Shown in pieces: positions 29,268 through 39,370 of a DNA stretch of 64,000 nucleotides. Source of the stretch: a bacterium (lineage in GTDB: Bacteria; Patescibacteriota; Microgenomatia; UBA8517); the NCBI GenBank assembly GCA_030583725.1, contig CP129472.1, forward strand, positions 206,958 through 270,957. Reading direction: 5' to 3'. Within the stretch, counting starts at the first letter, position 1, and each line of letters opens with the position of its first letter. Made by a program: the position numbers and the translations under genes. Under the pieces are notes generated by a model. The model ran no database searches. It was not told the origin of the DNA and saw only the letters and a program-made list of their open reading frames with translations.

Positions 29268-30518
29268 TTATTGTTTAACAATCGAAGCGCCAAGATTTTT
29301 GAGCCTGTTTTCAATATCTTGATAACCCCTGTCAACAACTTCTACATTTTCAATAGTACTTGTTCCCTCTGCAACCAGGGCTGCCAAAATTACAGATATT
29401 CCCGCTCTTATATCTTTACAAAACAATCTATCTGCCATTAGCTTTGATGGTCCAGAAACTATTACACGGTGTGGATCGGCTATAAAAATATTTGCACCCA
29501 TTCCAATTAAGTCATCTACAAAAAACATTCTCCATTCGTACATCCAATCATGGCACAATACAGTACCCTCAGTTTGAGTTGCTAAAACTATAAATGGGCT
29601 CATTAAGTCGGTTGGGAAACCAGGCCATGGTCTGGTTTGGAATTTTCGTCTTTTTGCTTTCAAATTTGATGGTAATACTATCAGACTATCTTTTTCTACT
29701 TTATACTCTATACCCATATTACTCAGATAATGAAGTATCATATGGTAGTTTTCGGCTTCAAAATTATTTATCTTTATTTTCCCATTTGTAATTGCTGAAG
29801 CTATAGCAAAAGTTCCACCTTCAATATGATCTGCCATTACTCTGTGTTCAGCTCCATTCAACTTACCCCCCCTAACACTCAAGGTATTGGTTCCCGCGCC
29901 ACTTATCTTAGCTCCCATTTTGGTTAACAAGTTTACTAAGTCAGTAACATGTGGTTCAGAAGCGACATCTTCAATAACAACTTCATCACTCATAGATGAG
30001 GCCATAATTAACCCCATTTCAGTTGCTGTAACAGAAGCCTCTTCTAGAAATATTCTACCGCCATTTTTTTTGTGCCAATTAAGAAAATATTTTCCGTCTT
30101 TTCTCTCAAAGCTAACTCCCATTTTCTGCATCATGGAAAAATGAGTATCAAGTAATCTATCTCCGATTTGATCTCCACCCGGAGGTGTTAAGACTGCTTT
30201 ACCAAACCTAACAAGTAAGGGAGCTGCCAAAACAACTGATGCGCGGATTCTGGCACACAAATCAGGGTCAGGTTCGTAAGAATTAAGGCCAGATGGGTCG
30301 ATTTCCAGCACATCACCATCATAATTAACTTTTGCCCCCAGCTTTTGAATAATTTCAAGTAACACTCTAACATCAGCAATGTTGGGAACATTTGTCAAAA
30401 CTGATTTCTCTTCAGAAGCTAAAACTGCTGGGATTAGTTTAAGAGCGGAATTCTTATTTCCCAAAATATCAATCTCTCCCGAAAGTTTGTTTCCACCTGT
30501 AATTAAAAATTTCGCCAT
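29268..30518 (-). CDS. murA: UDP-N-acetylglucosamine 1-carboxyvinyltransferase
   Basis: EPSP-synthase-fold MurA, KNSALKL N-terminal block. Confidence 0.9.
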   Translation of the reverse strand: MAKFLITGGNKLSGEIDILGNKNSALKLIPAVLASEEKSVLTNVPNIADVRVLLEIIQKLGAKVNYDGDVLEIDPSGLNSYEPDPDLCARIRASVVLAAPLLVRFGKAVLTPPGGDQIGDRLLDTHFSMMQKMGVSFERKDGKYFLNWHKKNGGRIFLEEASVTATEMGLIMASSMSDEVVIEDVASEPHVTDLVNLLTKMGAKISGAGTNTLSVRGGKLNGAEHRVMADHIEGGTFAIASAITNGKIKINNFEAENYHMILHYLSNMGIEYKVEKDSLIVLPSNLKAKRRKFQTRPWPGFPTDLMSPFIVLATQTEGTVLCHDWMYEWRMFFVDDLIGMGANIFIADPHRVIVSGPSKLMADRLFCKDIRAGISVILAALVAEGTSTIENVEVVDRGYQDIENRLKNLGASIVKQ

Positions 30519-30551
30519 ATTTAAATATAAGTTAGCAACTTAGACATTTTA

Positions 30552-30953
30552 TCACTTATTATCTTTTTTTACTAAAACAAATCTACCCTGCCCACCACTC
30601 CAGTCTACAGTTCCTTTATTTTCTGTTCTATAACCATCTGATTCAGGACTATTATAATCAGTCCATATTCCACCATTCATATCAAAAACAAATACGTGCG
30701 CTCGGATAGTCACTCTCTTATTACTTGTCTCAATCATCAAGACACCAGGTTGACCATACTCACCAGTTTTAGACAACTCAAACTTGATTTCTGGTGGTTT
30801 TATATTTTTAATAATGTATTTAATTTGCCGCGTATCTGTCATATTTCTAGCTATGTCAACATATGTAACATCTACGCCTTCTCGAGCTTCAATCGTGTAT
30901 TTATTTATACCAAATACTTTTAAAATCTCGTCTGAAACAAAATGTTCTGTCAT
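30552..30953 (-). CDS. Hypothetical protein (133 aa) between ftsI and murA
   Basis: ORF only. Confidence 0.35.
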   Translation of the reverse strand: MTEHFVSDEILKVFGINKYTIEAREGVDVTYVDIARNMTDTRQIKYIIKNIKPPEIKFELSKTGEYGQPGVLMIETSNKRVTIRAHVFVFDMNGGIWTDYNSPESDGYRTENKGTVDWSGGQGRFVLVKKDNK

Positions 30954-30966
30954 ACGTATATTTTAC

Positions 30967-32682
30967 CTAATTTTCTGGTTGAATACCAAAAACAACAAAA
31001 AGATCACTTGCAATAGAATACCACAAAGGCGCAGCAGTTTCAGATGCCCACTGACTGCTTTGTGGTTCTTTTAAAGTTACAAGCATAATAAATTTTGGCT
31101 TATCTGCAGGAGCAAACCCGACAAAGCTGGCAATTGTCTTTTCTGCATCATAATGACCAGCAATAGGAATCTGAGCCGTGCCTGTTTTTCCAGCTATGTT
31201 AAACCCCTTAAGGTCTGTCCACTTAGCTTCACCATTTTTTGCGGCCTCAATCATCATTGCAGTTACTTGGTCAGCGGAATCTTTTGATATTACCCTTTCT
31301 CTTATAGTATCGTCACTTTTGACCACTCTAGGCATTATAAGATAGCCTCCGTTGGCAATTGCTGATACCGCCCTGATTATTTGTATGGGTGTGGTTGAAA
31401 CACCCTGTCCAAATGAACTGGTGGCGAGGTCAACAATGTTCCAGGTACCTTTTTTTCTCAAGTTAATATTTGACTCTCCCTGGAGGTCAATGCCTGTTAA
31501 CTTTCCAATACCAAACTTGCTAAGATAGTCATACATTGTGTCACTACCCAACTTATTGGCTATAAAACTCATTCCTACGTTATCTGAATGCACAAGAACT
31601 TCAGTCATTGTGGAGTTGGGGTGATATTCATTATTCCACGTCTTAATAAAATATTTATCCACTTTTAAGGGTCCATCGCATATATCACAGATTGTATCTG
31701 GTTTAATTTGACCAGCATCAATTCCCGAAGCCATCACTATAACTTTAAAAATTGACCCAGGTTCGAACGTATCTGAAATTGCTGAATTTTTATAAAAAGA
31801 TTGATCAAATTCGGAGTATTTTGCTGGATCATATGACGGATATGAACTCATTGCCAAAACTGCACCATTTGACGGGTCCATAATTACTACAGACCCTTGA
31901 ACTGCACCATATTTTTCTATTGCATCAGACAACTTTCTATCAACCATGTTTTGGATACGTTTATCTATATAGGTGTGTATGTCAGTACCTGAGATTGAAG
32001 AGATCTCAGATAAACTACTTGAAATTATTGGCACACCTGATAAATCTTTCTCCCGTTTTACAAAACCATCCTTGCCTGAAAGTAAGATATTATAAAACCC
32101 CTCCAGACCAAAATATCCCGTATCTTCTCCATCTTCATTTTTACCAACAAATCCCAATAGTTGTGCAGAGGATGATCCTTCTGGATAGTATCTAGTTTCT
32201 TCAGGGTCAAAACCAAGACCTGCAATATTTAACTCTTCTATTCTTTCCTTAATATCATTTGTGACCTTTCTCTTTACAGGAACCCAAACAACTCCTTTTC
32301 TAGTCAAGCTTGATTCTAGCCTATATGTTTCATCCAATAGCGCTTGTCTATATTCATCCCTATCTTCAAATTCGTCAACTACAAACAAAGGGGCTAACTG
32401 GTTGGCAATTTCTTTTGCGGTCTTGTCTAGTTTTGGCAACTCTGCAAACAACAACCAATTAGTACGCATAACGGCAAGCCATGTACCATCACTCGCATAA
32501 ATATTTCCTCTCGGGGCAGTTAATGTTTTGTTCCCCTTATATTGGTAACTGGCTTGAAGCTTTAGTTCCTGTCCCTTAACAACTTGCCAATAAAAAAGTC
32601 TTGCAATTATGCTTGAAAAAAGTAATATGAATATTAAAAATACAAATTTAAACCTCATCTTATTGAACAGGAAGTTTAGCAA
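30967..32682 (-). CDS. ftsI: Penicillin-binding protein transpeptidase (FtsI/PBP2-type)
   Basis: N-terminal TM; SxxK-like block near GSIFKV, HSDN and KTGTAQ motifs. Confidence 0.85.
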   Translation of the reverse strand: MLNFLFNKMRFKFVFLIFILLFSSIIARLFYWQVVKGQELKLQASYQYKGNKTLTAPRGNIYASDGTWLAVMRTNWLLFAELPKLDKTAKEIANQLAPLFVVDEFEDRDEYRQALLDETYRLESSLTRKGVVWVPVKRKVTNDIKERIEELNIAGLGFDPEETRYYPEGSSSAQLLGFVGKNEDGEDTGYFGLEGFYNILLSGKDGFVKREKDLSGVPIISSSLSEISSISGTDIHTYIDKRIQNMVDRKLSDAIEKYGAVQGSVVIMDPSNGAVLAMSSYPSYDPAKYSEFDQSFYKNSAISDTFEPGSIFKVIVMASGIDAGQIKPDTICDICDGPLKVDKYFIKTWNNEYHPNSTMTEVLVHSDNVGMSFIANKLGSDTMYDYLSKFGIGKLTGIDLQGESNINLRKKGTWNIVDLATSSFGQGVSTTPIQIIRAVSAIANGGYLIMPRVVKSDDTIRERVISKDSADQVTAMMIEAAKNGEAKWTDLKGFNIAGKTGTAQIPIAGHYDAEKTIASFVGFAPADKPKFIMLVTLKEPQSSQWASETAAPLWYSIASDLFVVFGIQPEN

Positions 32683-33016
32683 ATATATTCTCTGTTTTGA
32701 AATAATGTACGTTTGATGGTTTTATAAACCCAGAGTTCTCTGCGTTTTCAACTGAAACCAAACTGGATCCACTGCTAAATATAGCTTCTGACAAATTTCT
32801 TTTTAAAACTATTTGTTCCTCAATTTTATTTTCAAGATTAGAAATAGTAGCTCCTCTACCAGCCTGTTCTATACCTAAAAAGACAACAGTAACTAACAAA
32901 ATTAAGTTTATTGCCCATAAATATTTACTATCTGATAACAAGCCTTGTCTAATTTTTGACATAAGTGTAAAGTTTTGCACTCCTTGATTTTTTGTTTTTA
33001 TATATTTCATTTTCAT
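32660..33016 (-). CDS. ftsL: FtsL-like small bitopic division protein
   Basis: 118 aa, single TM, positioned between rsmH and ftsI. Confidence 0.5.
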   Translation of the reverse strand: MKMKYIKTKNQGVQNFTLMSKIRQGLLSDSKYLWAINLILLVTVVFLGIEQAGRGATISNLENKIEEQIVLKRNLSEAIFSSGSSLVSVENAENSGFIKPSNVHYFKTENIFAKLPVQ

Positions 33017-33824
33017 TTGGTAATCTTAATTTTAATTTTCCCTTGTTCTTTTCATCTCTCATAAAATCTTTAACTACTTGCTCTTCTGTCGAGTGGAAAA
33101 CTATTACAGATAGTCTTCCTCCTTTTTTTAACAGGTTATATGCTTTCTTCAAAGCTACTTTTAAATTTTCAAGTTCACTATTTACTGCAATTCTTAAGGC
33201 AAGCATTGGCAGCGTTGCCGAATCTATACCAGGCTTATGTGGCATATCAAATGCTGTCTTTTTCAAGTCATTAACCGTTTTATATGGTCTTGTGCTAATT
33301 ACTCTTTTGGCCCATTTTCTAGACAACCCCAGATCCATTACTTTATTAAACATTTCAGTCAACTGACCAACATTTAAGGCATTTAATAAGTCAGATGCTT
33401 TAACTCCCTGTGTTTCAGGGTTTAATCTCATATCAAGCTCCTGATCACCTTCTGTAAACGAAAAGCCCCTGTCATCGTCCATAAGATGTAGATTTGAGAC
33501 TCCTAAATCTAGAAGTATTCCATCTATATCTGAAAAACCTTTTTCTTTTGCAATTTGATCAATGTCTACAAAATTACCTAAAACTAGTTTTACTTTTTGG
33601 TCAGACAATCTTTTTTTAGCTACGCTAAGCATTTTTGGATCAGCTTCAATTCCTAAAACTTGACCACCAGCACTTAAAATGGCTTCGGTGTGACCACCAG
33701 TACCCAAAGTACAGTCTATAAATTGTGAACTTGTATTAACGTGCAAACTCTCTATTACCTCTTTAACCATTACTGATTCATGATATTTGCCAGCGGAGCT
33801 GGTCAAGATTTTTTCATTTTTCAT
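32949..33824 (-). CDS. rsmH: 16S rRNA m4C1402 methyltransferase RsmH (MraW)
   Basis: DCTLGTGGH SAM-binding block; mraZ-rsmH order. Confidence 0.9.
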   Translation of the reverse strand: MKNEKILTSSAGKYHESVMVKEVIESLHVNTSSQFIDCTLGTGGHTEAILSAGGQVLGIEADPKMLSVAKKRLSDQKVKLVLGNFVDIDQIAKEKGFSDIDGILLDLGVSNLHLMDDDRGFSFTEGDQELDMRLNPETQGVKASDLLNALNVGQLTEMFNKVMDLGLSRKWAKRVISTRPYKTVNDLKKTAFDMPHKPGIDSATLPMLALRIAVNSELENLKVALKKAYNLLKKGGRLSVIVFHSTEEQVVKDFMRDEKNKGKLKLRLPNENEIYKNKKSRSAKLYTYVKN

Positions 33825-33838
33825 TTTTCATTTTTCAT
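33811..33838. repeat. Perfect 4x tandem heptamer (TTTTCAT)4 spanning the mraZ stop / rsmH start
   Basis: ttttcat x4; on the minus strand it encodes MKNEK in two frames (mraZ C-terminus ..LMKNEK*, rsmH N-terminus MKNEKIL). Confidence 0.9.
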
Positions 33839-34252
33839 TAAATTATCTATATACTCTCTAGTAATTTTTTGTAAATCAATTTGTTTTTTATCCCAAACAT
33901 CTTTTGACCAAATTTCTACTCTATCGACTAGACCTAAAAATACGAGGTCTTTTTGTAAATTGGCATATCCAGCCAAAGATTCAGGAATAATAATTCTTCC
34001 TTGTTCATCGGGGTCTGTTTCAAATGCAGAACCCAATATAAACCTTTCGATATTTCTAACTCCAAAATCCTTATTTCTACCACCAACAAGTGAGTTTGAA
34101 AGTGTTGTCCAAAAGCTGTTTTGAACTAAGATTAAACAATCCTCATACCACATGGCGAGTATTGGTTTTTCTCCTAATTCAGTTGTAAATTTTTTAGGTA
34201 CTGCGACTCTTCTTGCGTCGCTTAATACCGCCGAGTAGTTTCCGATTAACAT
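33821..34252 (-). CDS. mraZ: Transcriptional regulator MraZ
   Basis: 143 aa, duplicated MraZ/SpoVT-AbrB-like halves; first gene of the dcw cluster. Confidence 0.9.
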   Translation of the reverse strand: MLIGNYSAVLSDARRVAVPKKFTTELGEKPILAMWYEDCLILVQNSFWTTLSNSLVGGRNKDFGVRNIERFILGSAFETDPDEQGRIIIPESLAGYANLQKDLVFLGLVDRVEIWSKDVWDKKQIDLQKITREYIDNLMKNEK

Positions 34253-34299
34253 AGTATTTTAATACTGGGCAGGTATTATTCGGTTCGGTCTAATAGTTA

Positions 34300-34356
34300 C
34301 TTTCACCAGACTTCACCATTACTAACCATTTTGAAGTTTCTTTCACGCTTTGTCAA
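34300..34356 (-). promoter_or_regulatory. Putative mraZ promoter with three CTTTCAC(C/G) direct repeats (candidate MraZ operator)
   Basis: Repeats at 34300, 34311 and 34340, spaced about 11 and 29 bp; TTGACA on the minus strand (rc of 34351-34356) with a weak -10. Confidence 0.35.
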
Positions 34357-34418
34357 TACGTAATTTCACAAAACAAAGAGGGTCAAAAGATATCACTCTT
34401 AAATTGCTTTTTTAATGC

Positions 34419-35099
34419 TTATTTGAAGAAAATGTTTTCCGAAGTTACTTGCCAGCCGTCGGCTGTACCTGATGGGAGATCGATTGAGCTAAATATTCCA
34501 TATGGCCCCGAGACAACTTCACTAACTGAAGACCCAGCAGGTAAACCAAAGGTTTCCATGGTTATAAAGTAAGTACCTTTGACTGGTTTCTCTAAGACAT
34601 AGGCAAAGTTTTCATCAATAGAGGTTAGTTCTGCTGTATTTGATTGCAAGTGCCACTTTGTTGAAAACTTGGCCAAAAGTTTACCTTTTGAGTCACGTAG
34701 CCTGACTGTCAAACTACCATCTACGACACCCTCGTCATATCTAAACTTACCATTTGACTCAGATCCTAGTAATAACTTTTTTTCAAAATTAGTTTCACCA
34801 TTTAAGTCAACGGTTCCAGGAACACCTTGCGTTCTACCATCTGGCAGGGAGTATAGAAGTTCATAGTCTACAGATACAGCTTTAGCTAATGTTATTTTAT
34901 CTATCTTTAAAGTAATATAACGACCGTCTTCTGTGGGGGTAAGTGTTGCAAAAGGTCTGTCTTTAAATGCAATTTCAGTTGCTACTTCATCTCCATCAAC
35001 AGAAGACTTGTTGTTGCTATTTTTAATAAAGACAAAGACAAAAGTAAAAACTAAGAGTCCAATTCCAAGTAAAATTAAGGGAAGGTATTTTTTAAGCAT
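34419..35099 (-). CDS. Hypothetical membrane-anchored protein
   Basis: N-terminal TM helix followed by a soluble domain; no family recognised. Confidence 0.4.
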   Translation of the reverse strand: MLKKYLPLILLGIGLLVFTFVFVFIKNSNNKSSVDGDEVATEIAFKDRPFATLTPTEDGRYITLKIDKITLAKAVSVDYELLYSLPDGRTQGVPGTVDLNGETNFEKKLLLGSESNGKFRYDEGVVDGSLTVRLRDSKGKLLAKFSTKWHLQSNTAELTSIDENFAYVLEKPVKGTYFITMETFGLPAGSSVSEVVSGPYGIFSSIDLPSGTADGWQVTSENIFFK

Positions 35100-36372
35100 C
35101 TAGTTTATTTTGGAAATAATCACTGAGTTTGTCAATAGCTATTCTTTCTTGTTTGCCAGTATTTCTATCACGCACTGTGACTGAATTATCTTTTTCAGTA
35201 TCAAAGTCAACAGTTACACACCAAGGTGTACCAATTTCATCTTGAGCCGCATATCTCTTACCAATATTTCCCCTATCATCCCAAGTAACCACAAAATTTT
35301 TCTTTAAATTTTCATAAATATCTCTGGCTTTTTTAATTAGATCAGGTTTGTTTCCAAGTAATGGGAATACTGCAACCTTGTATGGTGCAATTTTTGGATT
35401 AAGTTTAAGATAGACCCTACCTTCATCTTCAATATAAGAATCAATCAGGAAGAAAAGCGTTGCCCTATCTACTCCACCAGAAGTTTCAATAACCCAGGGT
35501 ACATATTCCTCATTTGTTGTGCCATCTCTGTATTTTAATCCGTGACTACTCAAGTCATAATCTCCCCTGTGATGCACTCCCTCCATTTCACTCCACCCAA
35601 ATGGAGCTTGGTATTCAATATCTGTTGCATATTTGGCATAATGTGCTCTTTTGTCTGGGGTATGGTCAGCAAAGCGAAGTTTTTTTGCATCTAGCCCTAA
35701 GTCTTTATACCAATTCATTCTTATCTCTTTAAACCCTTCATAGGTTTTTTCACTTTCTTTTTCAGAAGGATAGACAAAATATTCAAGTTCCATTTGTTCA
35801 AACTCTTTTGACCTAAAAGTAAAATTACCGGGTGTTACTTCATTCCTAAATGCTTTACCTATCTGTGCAATACCAAATGGAATTTTTATCCTTGTTGAAT
35901 CAACAACATTTTTAAAATTTACAAATACCCCCTGAGTTATTTCACCCCTTAAATAAGACTTTTCCTTGGGTTCTGTGGTGCCCAGTAATACCTCTGTCAT
36001 AAGGTTGAAGGTTTTTGCCTCGGTCCACTCGACACCGTCGTGCTCATTTTCGTGATTTCTTAAGACATCCAAGTGATCTGCCCTAAATCTTTTGTGACAC
36101 TCTTTACACTCGACAAGGGGGTCTGAGAAGGCCTTTAAATGCCCCGACTTCTCCCAGACAATTGGATTCATAACAACTGAAGCGTCTATTCCAACAACGT
36201 CTTCTCTTCCATATACCATTGTTTTCCACCACTCATTTTTAATATTCTTCTTGAGTTCTACACCAACAGGTCCATAATCCCAAAACCCTTGATAGCCACC
36301 ATATATTTCACTACTTTGAAATATAAATCCTCTGCGTTTAGCTAGGGATGTAATCTTCTGCATCAAATCCAT
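35092..36372 (-). CDS. glyQS: Glycyl-tRNA synthetase (alpha2 dimeric type)
   Basis: FQSSEIYGGYQGFWDYGP hallmark. Confidence 0.9.
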   Translation of the reverse strand: MDLMQKITSLAKRRGFIFQSSEIYGGYQGFWDYGPVGVELKKNIKNEWWKTMVYGREDVVGIDASVVMNPIVWEKSGHLKAFSDPLVECKECHKRFRADHLDVLRNHENEHDGVEWTEAKTFNLMTEVLLGTTEPKEKSYLRGEITQGVFVNFKNVVDSTRIKIPFGIAQIGKAFRNEVTPGNFTFRSKEFEQMELEYFVYPSEKESEKTYEGFKEIRMNWYKDLGLDAKKLRFADHTPDKRAHYAKYATDIEYQAPFGWSEMEGVHHRGDYDLSSHGLKYRDGTTNEEYVPWVIETSGGVDRATLFFLIDSYIEDEGRVYLKLNPKIAPYKVAVFPLLGNKPDLIKKARDIYENLKKNFVVTWDDRGNIGKRYAAQDEIGTPWCVTVDFDTEKDNSVTVRDRNTGKQERIAIDKLSDYFQNKLDA

Positions 36373-36416
36373 AACTAGATTATAACAATTTAGTTAATTG
36401 ATAAACAGCAACAATA

Positions 36417-36815
36417 TTATTCTGAGGTAATACCATCAAATTCTTCCTCCGAAGTTAGAGCATCTTTTTTAAGTTTATGTACTGTTTTATCTTTGTGATG
36501 TGGTGGTCCATAAATTGTATAAAATTTTAAATACTCAGTTTCTGAAATATTTACTATATTATGCTTTGCTCCTGCTGGAACAATCACAGCGTCTCCGTCT
36601 GAAACCTCAGTCGTCCTTTGATCTATGAACACTTTACCGTGACCTTGTTCAAATCTGAAAAATTGATCATTATCTGGGTGTGTCTCAAGACCTATCTCTT
36701 CTTTTGGTTTTAATGCCATTAGAACAAGTTGGAAGTTTTTAGAAGTATATCTAACCTGTCTGAAATTCTCATTTTCTAAGGTCTGTTTCTCAATATTTGC
36801 TTTATAACCCTTCAT
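36417..36815 (-). CDS. Cupin-domain protein
   Basis: GDAVIVPAGAKHNIVN cupin motif. Confidence 0.55.
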   Translation of the reverse strand: MKGYKANIEKQTLENENFRQVRYTSKNFQLVLMALKPKEEIGLETHPDNDQFFRFEQGHGKVFIDQRTTEVSDGDAVIVPAGAKHNIVNISETEYLKFYTIYGPPHHKDKTVHKLKKDALTSEEEFDGITSE

Positions 36816-36839
36816 ATCTAACTTTAATTATACACTTTT

Positions 36840-37385
36840 TTAAAATGAAATCTTTTTACCTACTCTGACAGAATTGATGTTTCTTTCTAAGACGTTTTGT
36901 AAAACTAAGTCAGCGTCTATTATTTTTTTATTCTCTGGCCAATAACCCATTTTTGTTAACAGGTCATATATGAACTGTATCCTTAACTTTTTTAATCTTG
37001 TTTCAGTTTTTAGTTGTTCCAGCTTGAACGACAACAAATCGTAAACTGAAGAAGGCCTGCCATCTTCCTGTGTGATTTTATTTACTACTTCACAAAAATA
37101 ATATGCTAAGGATATTTTATTTAAATTGACACGTACCTCTTTAAAGTCATCAATTGTTTCTGCTTCAACAACGATATCCATTCCCTTTCCGTGTACAGCT
37201 GAAAACTTAAGTTTTGAAAATATTTCTATATGCCCTCTTTTTCTGGATTTAATTTTCCTTACTCCTTTTGCCAGCAACGAGACTTTGCCGTAATGTTTGG
37301 AAAGTACTACTAATATCCTGTCTCCCTCACTGTAGTTTTTTCGAGACAGTATTACACCTTCGGAAGTATATGTTTTTAGTTTCAC
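36840..37385 (-). CDS. recO: DNA repair protein RecO
   Basis: N-terminal OB-fold block GVILSRKNYSEGDRIL..LLAKG; recO-glyQS neighbourhood as in Firmicutes. Confidence 0.7.
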   Translation of the reverse strand: MKLKTYTSEGVILSRKNYSEGDRILVVLSKHYGKVSLLAKGVRKIKSRKRGHIEIFSKLKFSAVHGKGMDIVVEAETIDDFKEVRVNLNKISLAYYFCEVVNKITQEDGRPSSVYDLLSFKLEQLKTETRLKKLRIQFIYDLLTKMGYWPENKKIIDADLVLQNVLERNINSVRVGKKISF

Positions 37386-39355
37386 AACCCTATCTTAAGT
37401 TCTTTGTCCGTTTTTAACAAGAACTCTTCTTCGTATTTACCACTTCTAATAACATAAAGTGGTGCATCTGTTCCCGGCTGTTTTTGAATTAATAAATTGT
37501 AGTCTCCCGTAACCTTAAAAGGCAGTGTATATTTAAAAACTACTTTTGATACACCTTCTGGTCTTAAACTAAAGTGTCCTGAAAATACAGTTTTTCCTAA
37601 TTCGTCTACTGTTTCATACTCTTTCAACAAACCCTCAACTGAAATAAGTTTTGATCCTTGAGGAACATAAATCCTAACCCAATTAGGAAGAACAGAATTT
37701 AACCAACCATCATGCTTTTCTGGATTTTTATATGTTAAGACAACTGTTTTTTCAACCATTCCATCTTTATTTATTTCGATATCCTGTTCAACCTCGTGGC
37801 GGACATAAAGGTTTGACTTCCTACCGCCTAAATTTGAGTCGCTAATATGAAGATAGTCGCCATTTGGGTAGTCTTCAATTCTACCTGCTATACCAAAACC
37901 TTCAACTGCGTTTTGGGCATCCTTGTCAAACATATAAAACAAAACGTGCTTTTCAATAACAGAATTAAAAACAGCATTTAATAAATCTGGAATTTTATCT
38001 TTAGGTTGGGCCATTGCATTGGCTAAAATTGAATTCATCAGAGGACCTATAATCTTCTTTCTGTTATCAGAGTTTGGTGGCCTCAAGATTATTTTTCCAG
38101 TTAGCGGATCCCAAATAATTGGCCCTTCAATATCTGCAAAACTTTCTAGTTCGTAAACAACTTGAGGGCAATTACACCTTGGGTCGTTTTTTGAGGAGTA
38201 GTTGCCGAACCCAGGAACTCCAATTTCACCTAAGGCATCTAATATATTAACAAGTAAAAAAGTGTCAACTGCAATTATACCGTCAATGCCATCCATTCCA
38301 ACTTTTGAAGCCTCTTCAGAAAAAAAATCCATAGATAACTTAAAGTCAGGATTGTAATTCATATCTCTAAGTCTCACATTTTTTGACAAAATATATGGAC
38401 CTTTAATCAGGTCAACAATCGCATCAGGGGCAGGATAAGCGGGTTTATATTTTGCGTCCAAGTTATATATATCATCTGAAGTTACAGGTTCAAATTTGGC
38501 GTTACTGACCTTCATCACAGAATAGGCGGTCAAAAAACCGCCTGTAGGTCTTAGTTCTTTGTCATTTTGAAATAAAACTAAATAATTTCTCTCGTTAGGT
38601 GTACCGTCTTCATTATCTACCCCTAAAAGATAGGGTGCACTTTCCAAAAGTGGTTTACTTTCTGAAACATATTTTGATATAGATTTAAAAATATCTAAAA
38701 ATGTTTTTATCTGATTCCGTAACTTTATGCCTCTGATCTCTTCAGGATATCTGTTTGGATCTATTTTTGACAACTCAACCTCTGCTTCTATTAGTTTTAA
38801 GGAAATTTCATCAGCTTTTGGGACAATTTCAGGTATTGAATTAACTACAAAATCAATTCTTTCTTGTGCAGATTTTTCTGAGGAGTCAACCCCATCTTTT
38901 TTATAACCAAGCTCCAAAAGAAGTGGGTCAAGTGTGACAAAAGCTATCTCACCTGCCTCAAACCCTTTTACAGAAGCATTTAAAACAGCACCCAAATCAG
39001 AAACATAACTACCAGCGAATGGCAAGTACTTCATCCAAGAAACTAAGACATATGATTGTCTTAACTCAAAAATTGAATTTTTAGCCGTACTAAAGTCAGA
39101 CTTTACTTTGTCTAAATCACTAAATTCAGCAGAGGCAATTATTGGAGATAATTCTTTATATGTTTTTTGTGCTTTACTAAAAAATAGAATCGAAGGAATT
39201 GTAAAAATTAAAATTATGAATAATACTATAGATAAAATTATTGCAGTTTTTTTCCTGATTCTAATTTTTTTACCTGGATGTTCTTGGGGAACAACAACTT
39301 CTACTTTCTTGTCTGGTTCAATTTTAGGTATTAGGATGGCAGATTCTTGTTCCAT
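37382..39355 (-). CDS. DUF4012-family membrane-anchored protein
   Basis: N-terminal TM and YLVLFQNDKELRPTGGF block characteristic of DUF4012. Confidence 0.65.
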   Translation of the reverse strand: MEQESAILIPKIEPDKKVEVVVPQEHPGKKIRIRKKTAIILSIVLFIILIFTIPSILFFSKAQKTYKELSPIIASAEFSDLDKVKSDFSTAKNSIFELRQSYVLVSWMKYLPFAGSYVSDLGAVLNASVKGFEAGEIAFVTLDPLLLELGYKKDGVDSSEKSAQERIDFVVNSIPEIVPKADEISLKLIEAEVELSKIDPNRYPEEIRGIKLRNQIKTFLDIFKSISKYVSESKPLLESAPYLLGVDNEDGTPNERNYLVLFQNDKELRPTGGFLTAYSVMKVSNAKFEPVTSDDIYNLDAKYKPAYPAPDAIVDLIKGPYILSKNVRLRDMNYNPDFKLSMDFFSEEASKVGMDGIDGIIAVDTFLLVNILDALGEIGVPGFGNYSSKNDPRCNCPQVVYELESFADIEGPIIWDPLTGKIILRPPNSDNRKKIIGPLMNSILANAMAQPKDKIPDLLNAVFNSVIEKHVLFYMFDKDAQNAVEGFGIAGRIEDYPNGDYLHISDSNLGGRKSNLYVRHEVEQDIEINKDGMVEKTVVLTYKNPEKHDGWLNSVLPNWVRIYVPQGSKLISVEGLLKEYETVDELGKTVFSGHFSLRPEGVSKVVFKYTLPFKVTGDYNLLIQKQPGTDAPLYVIRSGKYEEEFLLKTDKELKIGL

Positions 39356-39370
39356 GGCTTATGAAAAAAA

